DNA of 62,972 bases, filler included, from Rhabdomonas costata (GCA_019059605.1; 48 parts of 48 records of this genome joined end to end with filler, not necessarily neighbours in it), one strand, 5' to 3'. Shown: positions 22,333 to 35,529, counted from the first letter of the whole stretch. The notes: generated from the letters alone by a model not told the origin. Numbers and translations: made by a program.

Positions 22333-23180
22333 TTGCGCGACAGCTCCGGGGTCTTCGGAAGGTTTTGCAGCGCCCACGTCAGAAGTACCACTGCAGGCAT
22401 CACCAAGTCAAGCGACGCCGAAATCTTCCGACCCGCAGGCCGCAGCGTGTTGTTGATTACTCGGTAGGGCGCCAGCCTCGCCGAGTCCTCCTCCCCCACA
22501 GTCCACCACCGGCACGTCGCCACCGCAAGTACCTCCCGCCGGGAGTGCGGGGGGTTGGGGTACCGCTGCTGGGCCCATGCCAGGCACTCCTCCGCAAACC
22601 CCACCGCATTCACGCTACCGCTACTGAACAGCCGGTGCGCCGCGGCTCGAAGGGCATCGGATTCCTCCACAATCCCACGGTGCCGCTCAAAGCAGGTCTG
22701 GTAGGTGCGCTCCCAGGCCTCATCCCGGGTGACCGCCGCTCCAAAGGCCATATCAACAGCTCCTGTGTGCAGGACATGGTGGAGAACCTCAAAGGTTAGC
22801 GTCGCTTTGAAAGCCATTAAATGGACGAACTCGGCCTACCTGTGTCAGGAAGAACCAGCCACGCTGTTGATGAATGGTGTAGAAAGCAAGAAATAAAATT
22901 CGCCAACCTGGTATTGGGATCACGGAATCGTGCTTGCGTCGGTACCAAATCAGCAGTAGCACGCCGAGGATCACAACCACGAGGATCGAGCCCACGGTGG
23001 CCACCATTGCAGCCAGCGTCACGGAGCCTGTGCGGGGATATTCCCTTATGCACGATATCATAAGTATAAATGTGTTCTTACAGCCTCGCCAAATCACCTT
23101 CCGAGAGCGCATCTTTCATCCGTTTCTCCGCCAGCCTACATCTCGTTCCTGGTGTGATGTCGACCCAATCCCACGTAGGC
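22333..23180 (-). CDS. Single-pass membrane protein with cytosolic ADP-ribosyltransferase-like domain (partial)
   Basis: Exons about 23180-23098, 23027-22908, 22863-22840, 22762-22333 splice in frame; TM + RRK, then A..RWWT..E...PYRVINNTLR...MPAVVLLTWALQNLP. Confidence 0.6.
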
Positions 23181-23904
23181 TGTTGGAAGCAGAGTGCAAG
23201 GATCCCCCCGACAGAACCCTGGCCTACCCTAACCAGCCCCTTTCGTGCGATCCACGCCGCCCGCCTTTCTTTCACCCTGCCTCACGTGGTGTCGAAGCGG
23301 CTTCGTGACTTGGGAGTTCGCCATTCCGGCGGTGATCCAAAATTTTCGTCTCCGTTAAAAGGGGTACCTCCTTCATTGCCTGTGGGTGACTTCCATTCGG
23401 GCGCCTCATTGCCTCTGAATTCCTCCTCACCTTCATATCATTTGTCAACAGTCCACCCCTCCCGCATTCTTGAGGGAGTTTGGACGCCCTGCACGCCTCC
23501 CAGCACTTGAAAGGTGGGTGAGTCTGGGAGGACCCCCCCCAACCCCNNNNNNNNNNNNNNNNNNNNNNNNNNNNNNNNNNNNNNNNNNNNTTAATTAATT
23601 AANNNNNNNNNNNNNNNNNNNNNNNNNNNNNNNNNNNNNNNNNNNNGTGGTGGGTGTGTTTGGTGTTTGGTTTGCGGATATAGGGTTGGAGACTGTGCCC
23701 TTCCCACTTCTCTTTCGCTTCGTCCCTCTGGGCCAGGGGCGTTCAACCTTCACTTTTCTCCATTGCTCCATTTACTAACAAATGTGATTACTGGACTTGT
23801 CGGGTTTGTGGGACCTTGCAAACTATCAGGATGGTTGTAGACCCATCTGCTGGTTTGCGCCTCGTGTTTTTTTTTGGTGTTTAGGCCTGCTCGCCTTGGC
23901 TCAG

Positions 23905-24860
23905 GTTCTGGTAGACAACACAATCCACTCCCAGATCAGCATTAACACTCAGTGTCGGCTTGCCCTCCTGCTTCCTCTGGCCGAAGGGAAGGTGGAGAAG
24001 GCCTATGAGGTCATCGGGGGCCTGCAACAGGCCGACGACGAGTGGATGTACCAGCTCAAAGAGAAAGTTTGTACAGCACCATCCGCCCATTTCTGCTTTC
24101 CAGCGTTGGATTGCCTCACGTTTTCCTTTTCTTTTTCTGTGGTAGTTGCTCCTTCGCCTCACTCTGGAGCAGACGCGAGGCGAAACAAAGAACAAAAGGG
24201 GACGGTCTTCGATCTCTTTCCTGTTTCTTCAAGTGGTGAGTGCGCGGTGAGATTCCCGATGCATGGGGACTGAGCTTTTGTAGGGTGTGCGTGTGTGTGC
24301 GGGGGGGGGTGCTCACGTCTTCACCGTCTTCTCCAATTATACCCGAACCCCTCGAACCCTCAACCCTCGGCAAGGCCGCGCCGTCGCCGCCTTGCCAAAA
24401 TGATCATTTGTGCTGTGGGGAGGACATACTCACGAGCACTTTGCCCGCAAAGTTTCGATGGTAAAATACCCCCGCATCAACCCATCCCTACCCCTACAAC
24501 ATATCAGAGTCAACTCTGTTAGCCCCATTTGTGCGTGTGCATTCTTTCTTGTATGTAACAGGCAATTCGTATTCGTAATTCATAATTTGTGCCTGCACTT
24601 CAACAGGAGAACGAAAGGGCCCAGCATGTTCGCTTTGAGATGGGCGTGAAGGCCCTAATGGCGTCGCCCAACGCCAGCGGGACCTCCGAAGACCCCGTAA
24701 CCCACTTCGAGGCCCACCTCTCAGGACTATCGCAGGACCGCGCGGCGCAGTGGTACCGGGACAACGCCCGGGAGTGGGCTGCACTGCGTCACCCGAAGTG
24801 GGGCCTGACCACTCCTTTGAGCCTGCTTCTCCAGAGCGCTGCCCTGGCTTCAACCCCACA
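23905..24860 (+). CDS. Two exons (23905-24066, 24607-24860) of an unknown protein
   Basis: Phase-0 GT-AG junction LKEK|ENER; coding-like codon usage. Confidence 0.55.
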
Positions 24861-25237
24861 NNNNNNNNNNNNNNNNNNNNNNNNNNNNNNNNNNNNNNNN
24901 NNNNTTAATTAATTAANNNNNNNNNNNNNNNNNNNNNNNNNNNNNNNNNNNNNNNNNNNNATATTTTATGATATTTAGGCTGGCAGCTGGGTTTCTTATT
25001 GGCCCAAGTAAGATACATCAGTGAATAAGTTCTATACAACATGTTCATACCTCTTGTGTTGCGACCAAAACAGTGGGAACTTTGTTGGGGAGGCGAATTG
25101 CGTTGTGTTCAAAGTCCAATGCAAACATATTATGAACCCACACAAAAATACTGCTGGTTCCAATGGTGCCAGTACCCCGACACACCTATCTCCACCAGAA
25201 GAAATATCGTGACATCTCCATTTCTTTTTCTTCAAAG

Positions 25238-25933
25238 GGCCGAAGATCCGCCTGGGAATTTCTCCCAGCCGCTGACCCTTCCCGTGGGTGCTGTGGTAGA
25301 GATCCACGCCGGAGTGAAGTCGATGCAGCCCGCCGAGGTGCAGCCCCCGGGGGACTCGGTGATCCACCTTCCCGCGCCCTACGAGGGCCTCTCCGAGGAT
25401 ATCAAGGCCCGTGCGTGCTTGCTTCTTCTTTTGGATAGTTGGATCTCTTCAAAAGCGTAATGGAATGCGTACTTTAGATCTCTTCTATGCCCAACATTGA
25501 AGCGGGATGTTTATGTCGAGGAGAAGCGGCTTGGAAGCAGGGGAAAGTTTAGCAGCCCGCTGAAGGCATAACATCCAACACCACAGCAATACCTCGTGCA
25601 TCCGGTGTGGGGTGCTTTATAATCGTATAATGGCCGATACCTATGGCGCTTGCACTTCATCGAGTCCATTACCAGCAGGCGATAGGTGACATGTTTTCCC
25701 ATTGAGCTTTGCTTTTGCCCGACAGACCGGAGATGCCGTTCTGATTGCGGACGGTTTGGTGAAGCTGAAGGTTACCAATTGCCCAGGCAAGGCCTGCGCG
25801 GTGATCCGATGCGTGGTGGAGGTCGGCGGCCCGATCGACTCCCGCAAGGGGCTGAACCTGCCCAACACCCTGGTGAAGCTGCCCGCCGTGACCGACGCCG
25901 ATATGAAGGCGATGTGCCATGCCCTCGACCACG
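25238..25933 (+). CDS. PK: Pyruvate kinase, exons 25238-25406 and 25726-25933 (apparent 1-nt frameshift)
   Basis: GPKIRLG, YEGLSEDIK|TGDAVLIADGLVKLKV, VGGPIDSRKGLNLPN, LPAVTDAD. Confidence 0.9.
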
Positions 25934-26339
25934 GTATTAGGGGTGTAGGAGTGCTCTTTGCCTTTTGCTCTCGCGGTTCTTGAGTGAAAGTTACCCTCAT
26001 GTGCCCGGAGGTGAAGCCCCACCTTTGCCGTGGTTCGTTCAATAACCGTGATCTAAAGCAAGCTGCACCCCAAAAGTTATAGAATAGTGCGCAACGAATT
26101 CCGATATGAAGTTTTTACAGGGTGACTTTCAAACGCTGGCCTTTTTCGGCGTTGGAAAGTCACCCACAAAAAANNNNNNNNNNNNNNNNNNNNNNNNNNN
26201 NNNNNNNNNNNNNNNNNTTAATTAATTAANNNNNNNNNNNNNNNNNNNNNNNNNNNNNNNNNNNNNNNNNNNNGTGGGGTGGTGGGTGGTGGGTATCCGT
26301 CTAGGTCCAAACTCACCCCAACCACTACAGCACACACAC

Positions 26340-26342
<3 letters not shown>

Positions 26343-26394
<52 letters not shown>
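26343..26394 (+). repeat. (CA)n microsatellite
   Basis: About 26 perfect CA units. Confidence 0.95.
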
Positions 26395-26396
<2 letters not shown>

Positions 26397-26835
26397 CAAA
26401 GGAAAACGTCTGGAGCAACCAGAGGTGACTGCCCTGGAAGTCCTGGCACTTGACGGATACCCACATTTCCACTGTTCCGCACTGCCCGCGGGTTGAGAAA
26501 ATGGCGCTCAGTAGCCCAACAACAACCCAGGAGAGTGGAAAGGGAGGGATCCGAAAGGTCACAAAAAACCACACCTGTTCGGACGCACAGATGTGTGGGA
26601 GAGGACCCGACACTCCCAAAGAGACCAGGACATTCTGCAAAAGAGTTAACGTAGTATGGTGTGTGTATGCGTGTGTTGGACGCATAGCGCGGTGTGTGTG
26701 TGTGTGTCTGTGCTTCAGGTGTGAAACCTTGATTCTTTTCCTAGAATCCGAAAGGATATAAAATGACATTGTCACCGAACCTCGTGTCGTTCTGGGATAG
26801 TCAGCGGCAAGCTTCCACACTTTTCGCACACATAC

Positions 26836-27029
26836 CTACGACCACAAACGGCTTCTACCACGGAAGTGCCCGGCAAAAGGAAGGCCGGACAGGGCTGGAC
26901 GGGTAAGGCAGCCTGCGCCCCCGAAATGGGACACTGGCTTAGCGACTCACCCGAGCACAAAACAACAGCAACAGCACAAAGGAAAGCGCACGAACAAACG
27001 GAAATGGATATGAGCGCATTCATCGCCAT
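26836..27029 (-). CDS. Probable first exon of a Cys-rich secreted protein
   Basis: Signal-peptide-like MNALISISVCSCAFLCAVAVVLCSG; ends ag|gtatgt. Confidence 0.4.
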
Positions 27030-28955
27030 CTTCTCACGAAAAGCGGTGGCAAACGCAAAAGGGCACGGCATACAAGTTGGCGAACTCAGCACCGACACGG
27101 AGGGCACAATGGGAAGCAAGGGCTGTACAAAATCAGGGCAAGTGAACAAGATGCTCACAACCACACACACACGGGGAGCGTCAGGGTTCCTTATCCATGG
27201 GTTCTCCAGGAACCTGTAGGGAAGACGGGTCAACCCACGGCCGATGGGCCCGTTTGGCGCTCTTGCTTTTGCCGACCAAGGCCTGGAACTTCTTCCGTAG
27301 GCCCCTCCGAATCCCCCGCAGAAAGGGGCTGTGAGTGCGGCAGACTTTGAGCGATAACAGCGCACGAGTGAGCGAAAATGCGGAGCAGAGCAGAGGCATC
27401 ACAATCGTTTCCTGACCGGGACTTGCCCTGCTTTGGTGTGGGATGATTCTTAAAAAGTCATCAGTGTGTAATTTTTAAGAATCATCCCACACAACNNNNN
27501 NNNNNNNNNNNNNNNNNNNNNNNNNNNNNNNNNNNNNNNTTAATTAATTAANNNNNNNNNNNNNNNNNNNNNNNNNNNNNNNNNNNNNNNNNNNNGTCCC
27601 TCCTTTCGTTTTATTTCCCATGGAATTTCAGCGTGTGGTTTTGGTTTTTGCATTTGTGTTCACTGGTGTATGCGTGTAGGTGTAGTGTGGTTTTGTAAGC
27701 GCAGGTATTTGAACAAGCAAGTAACGCATCAAGTTAACCACTGAAACACGGAGTTGTAATTCACAGGACTGATGTTTGGCGCCATGCGATGGAGCACACA
27801 AATAGACTCTACAACAAAGACTGTAAATGTTGCATCATAGAAGCATGCGTATATGGCGAGAGACTCGGTGATACGTGATTAACCAAAACGTGTGCTCAGC
27901 GCCATGTTCACGACAGTAGAAGGGTAGAAATTAAGCCATTGTCGTGGGAGGTCCCAAGCTAAATTGAATAGGTATCATCTGTACTATGTCCAGGTATTTG
28001 ATTTTGGTCTCGGGTGACGTGTTGAGTGTTGGCAATGGTATGCGCTTGTAATGGTATCCGTGGATGAGGTGTGTAAGTGTTCGCGGTGAATGTATCTGGT
28101 AGTGTTTTACGTGTATTATTCGTAGTGGTTAGTGTATTTAGCTCTACGACAATGATAGAGATGCTAAATTGTTGGGTGGGCAATGTGCTGTGCGTGTAAT
28201 TTGTGAGTGTTTCATTCGGAGATAGGAGCTTGGATGTTGGTCACGAATGCCACTAAAAACATTCATGAGTAGATGCCTTCTTTACATGGACTAAGTGTGT
28301 TTTTAACAGAATGGATTTCTTTGCAGGAACGTTAAGGGTATGCACGGGAACGTTCTTTGTGCCATTTGTTCAACTACTATAACTAAGCCTGTGAGTCTGC
28401 GGTAGTTCGGATGTGACAAAAGCTTTTTCAGCCTTGGAATTCAGTCTTCGATCTATGTCCGTCTCAGCTTCCGCTTCCTGGTTCTGTCTTCGGGATAAGT
28501 CTCTCATGGTTTGTAATTCTTGCGTTGGTTTCGGTTTAGCTTCTCTAGGTTCGTGCTATGTTGACCCCATTGCGGTGCTCGATGTGCTGTACCGTCTTTG
28601 GGCCAAATGGACGGTCCTATGCTGGGCGCCGACGTTACATGGCCACTACTTTGGGCAAGCGGCCATGTGATTCCGGTCCCAGCTGGGCACCCTCCATCTT
28701 GCCCAACTCCTCTCGGACGTGATTGAGCTGCAGCGGGGTCAACATAGCACGAACCTAGAGAAGCTAAACCGAAACCAACGCAAGAATTACAAACCATGAG
28801 AGACTTAACNNNNNNNNNNNNNNNNNNNNNNNNNNNNNNNNNNNNNNNNNNNNTTAATTAATTAANNNNNNNNNNNNNNNNNNNNNNNNNNNNNNNNNNN
28901 NNNNNNNNNCTCGCCCAGAGCATTATGATCTCGATGGTGGCTTCCGCACTCATAC

Positions 28956-29567
28956 CTCGCCGAAATTGCGCCCGTCGATGTCAAAGCCGCCCACGGCGAA
29001 AACACGAGAGCCTAACACCGCGCAGCCCAGCCCCCCGCGGCCACCCGTGGGGAAGGCTTGTGTGGTGCTCTGGGTCCACGATAGCCCATCGCGGCTCCAC
29101 AGGACGTCGTTCATAATCCCACCCGGGGAGAAACCCCCGACGGTGACCAGCACCTCCCCCAGAGCAACCGTGCAGTGATCGAAGCGGGGGTACGCCCCGG
29201 AAGGGGTGGCAGAAGGGGTGAGGGTGCCAGGAGTACAACGCTGTTTTGGGAGGGTGGTGGGTGCCCAGCAAAGTTTCGGGTCAGCTCAAAAAAAAAACTT
29301 CTCCACCAATTCGCACTGAATCAGACTGTCCTCTCAAAATCGTGGGCAATCGAAGAACACACCCCAAGGCACATAATATCAAAGCGGAAGTGAGGCGATG
29401 GGCCTTCGAAGGCACAGAAAGGAGTTGCGGCAAAAGTCGCGGTTGCGAAGCAGGGAGATGGAGAATACCTTGACAGCACTCGAGCGGGTAACAGTAGAGG
29501 GAGACGCAGACGGTCTCCGGGCGCACTGCCCCGTAGCCCACAGGGCATGATGCATTCCCGCAGAGTT
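28956..29567 (-). CDS. Kelch-like beta-propeller protein preceded by a Cys-rich module
   Basis: LCGNASCPVGY...C...C....CC exon (29567-29469), then PRFDHCTV...LVTVGG...NDVLWSRDGLSW...RGGLGCAV...VFAVGG. Confidence 0.7.
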
Positions 29568-30860
29568 CTGGGACAAAACGAGGCCTACTTAGGTTTTTCG
29601 AACTTGGGGCTTTTATAAAGGAAAAGGATGGCCGGTCGCCCGGAAAATACTCTCCCACAAGGTGCCACTTCCTCATCGCAATATTGAAAGAAAAAACACA
29701 GCACCTACGGGCAACCAATTCTGACGGGAACACTGTGTTCCAAGCACAACCAAGTACCTCTGCAGCTAACCCAAACCATACATCTCAGTACCAGTTACCC
29801 CAAATGCCCGTCAAACCCTCTGCTGCAAATCTAAGGTTTCAAGAGGAGCTGAAGCAGCCTACACTGCAAACGCCTACCATGACCCTTCTTCGCCTTCCGA
29901 TACGTGATGCAGAGGACATTGTTTTTGCATCTGGCAACGCACAATGAGCTCGTGTGGAGCGAAACCCCGGCGCAATGCCAAAGTGGAGACACACCCACAC
30001 GCACCATGGCTACAACAGTCCTCAGGGGTGCAGGGAAGCGACGGACATCGAGTTGTATTACTCACCCGGTGGGTGCCCTCCGGGTGAGTAATACAACTCG
30101 ATGTCCGTCGCTTCCCAACACCCNNNNNNNNNNNNNNNNNNNNNNNNNNNNNNNNNNNNNNNNNNNNTTAATTAATTAANNNNNNNNNNNNNNNNNNNNN
30201 NNNNNNNNNNNNNNNNNNNNNNNTTTTGTTGGTAAACACCATCATCATTACCATCATCATCCGGTGTTCTTAGATTCCTCTTGTTGTCGTCCGGGGGGGG
30301 GGGTCTTCCAGCAGCATCCTTTCTATTCTCGACTGCCGGCCAAATCTTTTCCCTATTTTTCTGGATAACTTTCCATGTGGCCCCTCGCACTGGAACCAGA
30401 CCCTACCAGAACTTGCGTGCGCTAGCACGGCCGGTTGGGCCCCAAGTTTGATTGGATGGTTGAGTTTATGGCTGCCTTCTACTCTAACTAACACTGCTAA
30501 TAATGGAATCAGGTAGGGTGCATTTGGCTTTTTTGGGGTTTTTTCATGGCTTTGGGTGGAGCAGGGCACTTTTAGGACCTTGCAAAGACCTTTGCAAACG
30601 TGTACACCGTCAAGCTCTCGATCGGAGTTGCTTGCATTCCTAAGGGTGCAGTCCAGTTCGTTATGCGTTCCCTTTCGTTATGCGGGTCGGTTTGCTTCGG
30701 TATGCAGCTGCCGTTTAAGGGGTTGTTTGGGGTGTGCCTTTTTGAGGATTTTTCATGCCCTTCGGTCTTGCTGGCCGGCAAAAAGAGGAATTCACGTTTG
30801 TCACCAAATCCAGCAGGGCTCCAAGTGTGCCAACGGCTGACTTTTGTGTGTTCCTTTCAG

Positions 30861-31005
30861 CATTTAAGCGGTTTTCCAAAGCGGAGATCATCGCTGTGCT
30901 GTCCACGCTGCAGAATCAGGACGTTCCGGTGCCGCAGGATATGCCAGAGAACTGCGTGGCTGTGTCCAAGGAGGTGATCCGAGACATCGATCTGCTGCGA
31001 TCCCC
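30861..31005 (+). CDS. Internal exon, unknown protein
   Basis: ttcag| and |gtatgc boundaries; FKRFSKAEIIAVLSTLQNQDVPVPQDMPENCVAVSKEVIRDIDLL. Confidence 0.45.
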
Positions 31006-31544
31006 GTATGCTGGGGGATCCTCTGTGGGGGCGGGTGGAGCCATGCTTTTCCCCGCAGCGTACGAAAAAGAAAATGGCTGTGCGCTTCTGCCTATCTACG
31101 CACCCACTGACTCACTCACTTAATTACCGACTTGCTCTTCGCTCACGGAAGGTTCATCCGACCTCTGTGGGGTAACGTGTGAGGTAACGTTCTCCAAGGA
31201 CAGTGGTCGGGCAATTTACTCCGAATGCGCGCCAAACAACGTACAAGGCACACTCGGTTCAGGAGCAGAGGATTAATAATCTCGCTCCCGGGGATTAAAC
31301 CCATTTGTCTGGGGTCGAAATTGCAGCATCCATGTTCGTGTTCTGCAGAGGCAGTCATCGTCTTCACATATATTCACATACAGTTAATCAAAAAGTTCGG
31401 AATCACGTTTCCCACACACACCAACCACACCCAACACNNNNNNNNNNNNNNNNNNNNNNNNNNNNNNNNNNNNNNNNNNNNTTAATTAATTAANNNNNNN
31501 NNNNNNNNNNNNNNNNNNNNNNNNNNNNNNNNNNNNNGTGTGTG

Positions 31545-31720
31545 GGTCGATCCGGGTGTCGGTGCGCTTGAAGCTCTGCCAATCCTCGGGGCGCCGCAGC
31601 TCCCGCTGCCTGGCCTGGTCCAGCTGCAGCAGGACACGCTGCTCCTCAGGGGTGCGCTGGTCAAAACCCTGTGGCCCATCGAGGGCGGTGGAGGGCAAGG
31701 TAGAGCTCAATGCCTGTTCT
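31545..31720 (-). CDS. Exon, unknown protein
   Basis: GC3-rich GFDQRTPEEQRVLLQLDQARQRELRRPEDWQSFKR. Confidence 0.45.
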
Positions 31721-31903
31721 AGAGCCTCAAAGCAAGACTCGTGCGCGGTAAGTCACCACAGCTCACCAGCCCTGCTGGCGCGCTTCTAGATCGCAACGGC
31801 ATCACAAAAGTTAAATTACACTTAATGCACACAGGCGTGCAGCGTTTAAGAGGTCACAAATAAACGCACTGAGAGAGAAATGTGTGAGTGCGTGCGCGTT
31901 TGA

Positions 31904-31989
31904 GCGTATAGCGTATAGCGTATATTGTATCGCGATAGCGTATAGCGTACAACGTATAGCGTATAGCGTATAGCGTATAGAGTATAGCG
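31904..31989 (+). repeat. (GCGTATA)n heptamer minisatellite
   Basis: About 12 units with a few variants. Confidence 0.9.
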
Positions 31990-34391
31990 CGCGGTGGAGC
32001 TCATGTTTCAGTCTTCTGCTGATCCCTTCCTTCTTGTGAGCTGAGTAAGTGCCTGGTGTGGGTTGTTGTGGCGCAACGCTCATTGATTGTCAGGGTGCTC
32101 AATTCCAGAGCCCTCTGCCACAGGTGCAACGGGGTACTGGCTCACCGTCACTGTCTTCGTCGAGTCTCTGCATTCGTTGGGAAAATATAAAAAGGGAGGG
32201 AGTAGGGAAGAAGCAGAGAAGGGCCTTGTTGTTTAAAGGGGAAAACAGGTGAAGGAAAATGCGTACAATGACAATACCAAATTCATCCGCATCATCGCCT
32301 GTGAAAGTAAAATGTCACGAAAGTGGTTGCTGAGCAGTCTTTGCACAGGGCCCACCTGCATCACGTGCCGGACTTGCAGCACCACTGGTGCCCCGGTGTC
32401 GACCCCGCCCCCTGCAGCTGGCTGAACGCTAGCAGCAACCACGGCTGAAAGACCCCGTTTTTGGTCAACCAGACGGCTGGACTGCCGCTTTGCTGCCACT
32501 GCGGCGGCAGCAGTTACCCGATCCTCCCACGAGGAATCGGACCCACCGGATGAGCCTAAGGAGACAATTGAGCTTCAAAAATGCCCACTCAACGTCAAGA
32601 GCTTCTCGACTCGATCAGCTTTGGCCTGCTGAGCACGAATCGCTTCCTCGTACTGCTGGCGCAAGCCACGCAGGCCCACCCGTAATAACTATTTCCACAC
32701 AAAACTTTTTCGCACACCACCATGAGTACCGCACTCCCAGCCGTCAACAAANNNNNNNNNNNNNNNNNNNNNNNNNNNNNNNNNNNNNNNNNNNNTTAAT
32801 TAATTAANNNNNNNNNNNNNNNNNNNNNNNNNNNNNNNNNNNNNNNNNNNNTTTGAACTTTGAACTGCCCTCCCTTGCGAGCTCTATTAGTAGCTGTGCT
32901 CGACTGGATTTTTGTAATGTAATTTGTGCAAAAATATGAACCCGAACAACCAAGTCGTCGAATGATGGCGATTCGTCAACAATGGGTAAAAGAACCGCTG
33001 CAGGCTTCTTGCGTTAGCGTAAACGTTAACTTGAGCATTGCAGGAGGCATCCTTCTCTGTCTGATGGACGAATGGTGACCCAGAACGCACTCCCACGACA
33101 AAGGACACCACCGATGGTAGAGCCAATGCCAAAGAGAGCCCGCCTTCGAGGCAAAGCAGATTCAGGGGGCAAGTCTTAGGGCGAGCATAACGCACCACTC
33201 CTGAATGTAGTCAGCCTCCAGCGCCTCTGACGCTTTTGAGCAGTAGTAGGATGAGTCCTACCAAAGAGCTACCAACTTTTTGAGCACCGCTGAGCACTTG
33301 CGCTTGCACTGAACCACGTCAGCCAAAAAGCCAGAAAAGGTGCAGGAATAAGGCCTGATCCCCCGTCCCCACGAGGGCGTGTCTGTCCCATCTCCAACTG
33401 GACCACCGCTTTTGCCGCAGGTGGAGCATTGTGCAGGACCCTTTCTCCGCCCGTTCCGTGGAACATCCCCGCTCCCCGCGCTCCCCGTGCGCCGAGGAGA
33501 CGGTCTCCTGCCCGACACGGGAGCAGGGCCAGCCCCAGTGCCAGTCCCCTACCACGGTGCCCTTCTCTGCCGTAGACTCTTCCATTCAGATGCGTACCTT
33601 TTCCGCGGTGGAGCCCGCGGTGGTGTGGTCGAGGGGGTTCAACGTCTCCATGACGATGGCACAGCAGCTGCAGTCCAGAGGCGCGCCCTTTCTGGTTCAG
33701 GTCCGAAGCACCCCACCACTAGCTCCCAAAAAAGGCCGGAGGCTGGGCAAACTTTTGTTCCGCACATGAAAGTCACAAAACTCTTCACGTGACCAGTGAC
33801 CCAAAGCAAATCTCCTCGGTTGCCAGAAGCGAGAAATTATCTGGGAGTGCGGGAAAGGTTGGGCCAAGGCGTGATGACGTGTGGAGCAGAGAAGCACAAT
33901 GAAGGGCGGCAGTTGATGAATGTCGGAGACTGCGTCAGCGATGATGGGAAATTGATTTACGACACGCCAAATGCGGCGAAGAATCCGGAGGAATATCGGG
34001 TGCTTGAGGGAGTCTCTACCGGATTCTTCGCCGCATTTGGCGTGTCGTAAATCAATTTCACACCANNNNNNNNNNNNNNNNNNNNNNNNNNNNNNNNNNN
34101 NNNNNNNNNTTAATTAATTAANNNNNNNNNNNNNNNNNNNNNNNNNNNNNNNNNNNNNNNNNNNNGGTTGTGTGTTTCAAACTCAAACCAGGCGTCTTCT
34201 CCAACCACTGGAGGGTGCCTCTGTCGTGTTGGCGCGATGACATTGACAGGAAGACCACACGCTCTCCGCCCAGCTGTGTCGGCAATGTGTTTTTCTGTAT
34301 AATACTTTGCTGCCCTACAGGAAAATTCAGCCTTAGCAGACGGGATGATGCATCTCTTTCGAGATCAATGCAACGCTTTCTCCCCTTAAAG

Positions 34392-34544
34392 ATGGCGGAG
34401 AGAGCGATTTTCCTTCTGGAGATGGGGGCGAATCCCTTGCTGTGCGACGACGAGATGCGCCGCAGCATCGACTTGGCCACGGCGGAAGGGGGTGCCCCTC
34501 TCAGCCTGGCCTTCCTGCGCTACGGACTGACCCACCACGAGAGA
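34392..34544 (+). CDS. Ankyrin-repeat-like exon
   Basis: FLLEMGANPLLCDDEMRRSIDLA resembles the ankyrin LL..GA.P...D..G.TPL.LA pattern. Confidence 0.5.
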
Positions 34545-35529
34545 GTGTGCTCCTGCTTCCTCGGATCCTTCCTTGCATGGGATTCATATGCATTGATCCT
34601 TTTCTCCAATTAGAAAGAGCCTTGAAGCAGGACAAGAAACTGAATCATCTGCGCAGCACGCTTACCGGATACACCGCATTGTGGGCAACTATTGGTTTGG
34701 GTTCAGGGTAAGATGGAGGGTTGCTTTCGCTCAGGTTACCAACTTGCCTCACTTGCAAGACCGTCAGTTGGAGCTTCCAGTGGAGCTGGGAGAGAGGTCG
34801 GCACCTTCATCCCTTGCGTTTCCGAATGTACACCGTGTTCTCTCACCCCGAGCATCGAAATTCATATTTTTCTACCTTCACTAAGGCTCCGCTCTGTCTC
34901 GGTATTTTCGTTTTTCCTGCCGTTCCCCCGTTCCTTCCCTATAGCTTCACTCTCGTCCCCATTTTGCTCTTCTCTTTGCCCTTTTCACATCAGCTCTTAC
35001 CCACCCACCACTGAAAGGACGCATTCCATTTTCTGGGGTGTGTTTCGATTTCTTCAATGAAGGGTGCCACCCCGTGATGCAACTCCTCTTCCGCATCTGT
35101 TTCCTTCCTCCTCCCATAGCGCTGTGATGCACACCAACCTCATATAAATGGGGTCAAACCTGATGTTCCCACCACCACCACAGGGCCTCCCAGGTCGCGT
35201 TCTCCAGCTCTCAGCACCAGCCCCACATGATGTTCTTCTATGCCCAGCGCCGGGGCTGCCTGTGCCTGTGCAACATGGAGTCAATGGACGTCCACGTGGT
35301 ATGGGCTCTCCCCATCCCGACCTCTTTCCATTCCTCCACTCCGCCGCCATCCTCCTTGCTTTCTATCGTCCCAGGGGATNNNNNNNNNNNNNNNNNNNNN
35401 NNNNNNNNNNNNNNNNNNNNNNNTTAATTAATTAANNNNNNNNNNNNNNNNNNNNNNNNNNNNNNNNNNNNNNNNNNNNTTTTTGTGTTAAACTGATATA
35501 GATACTAGTACAGATCTATAGTAGATATG

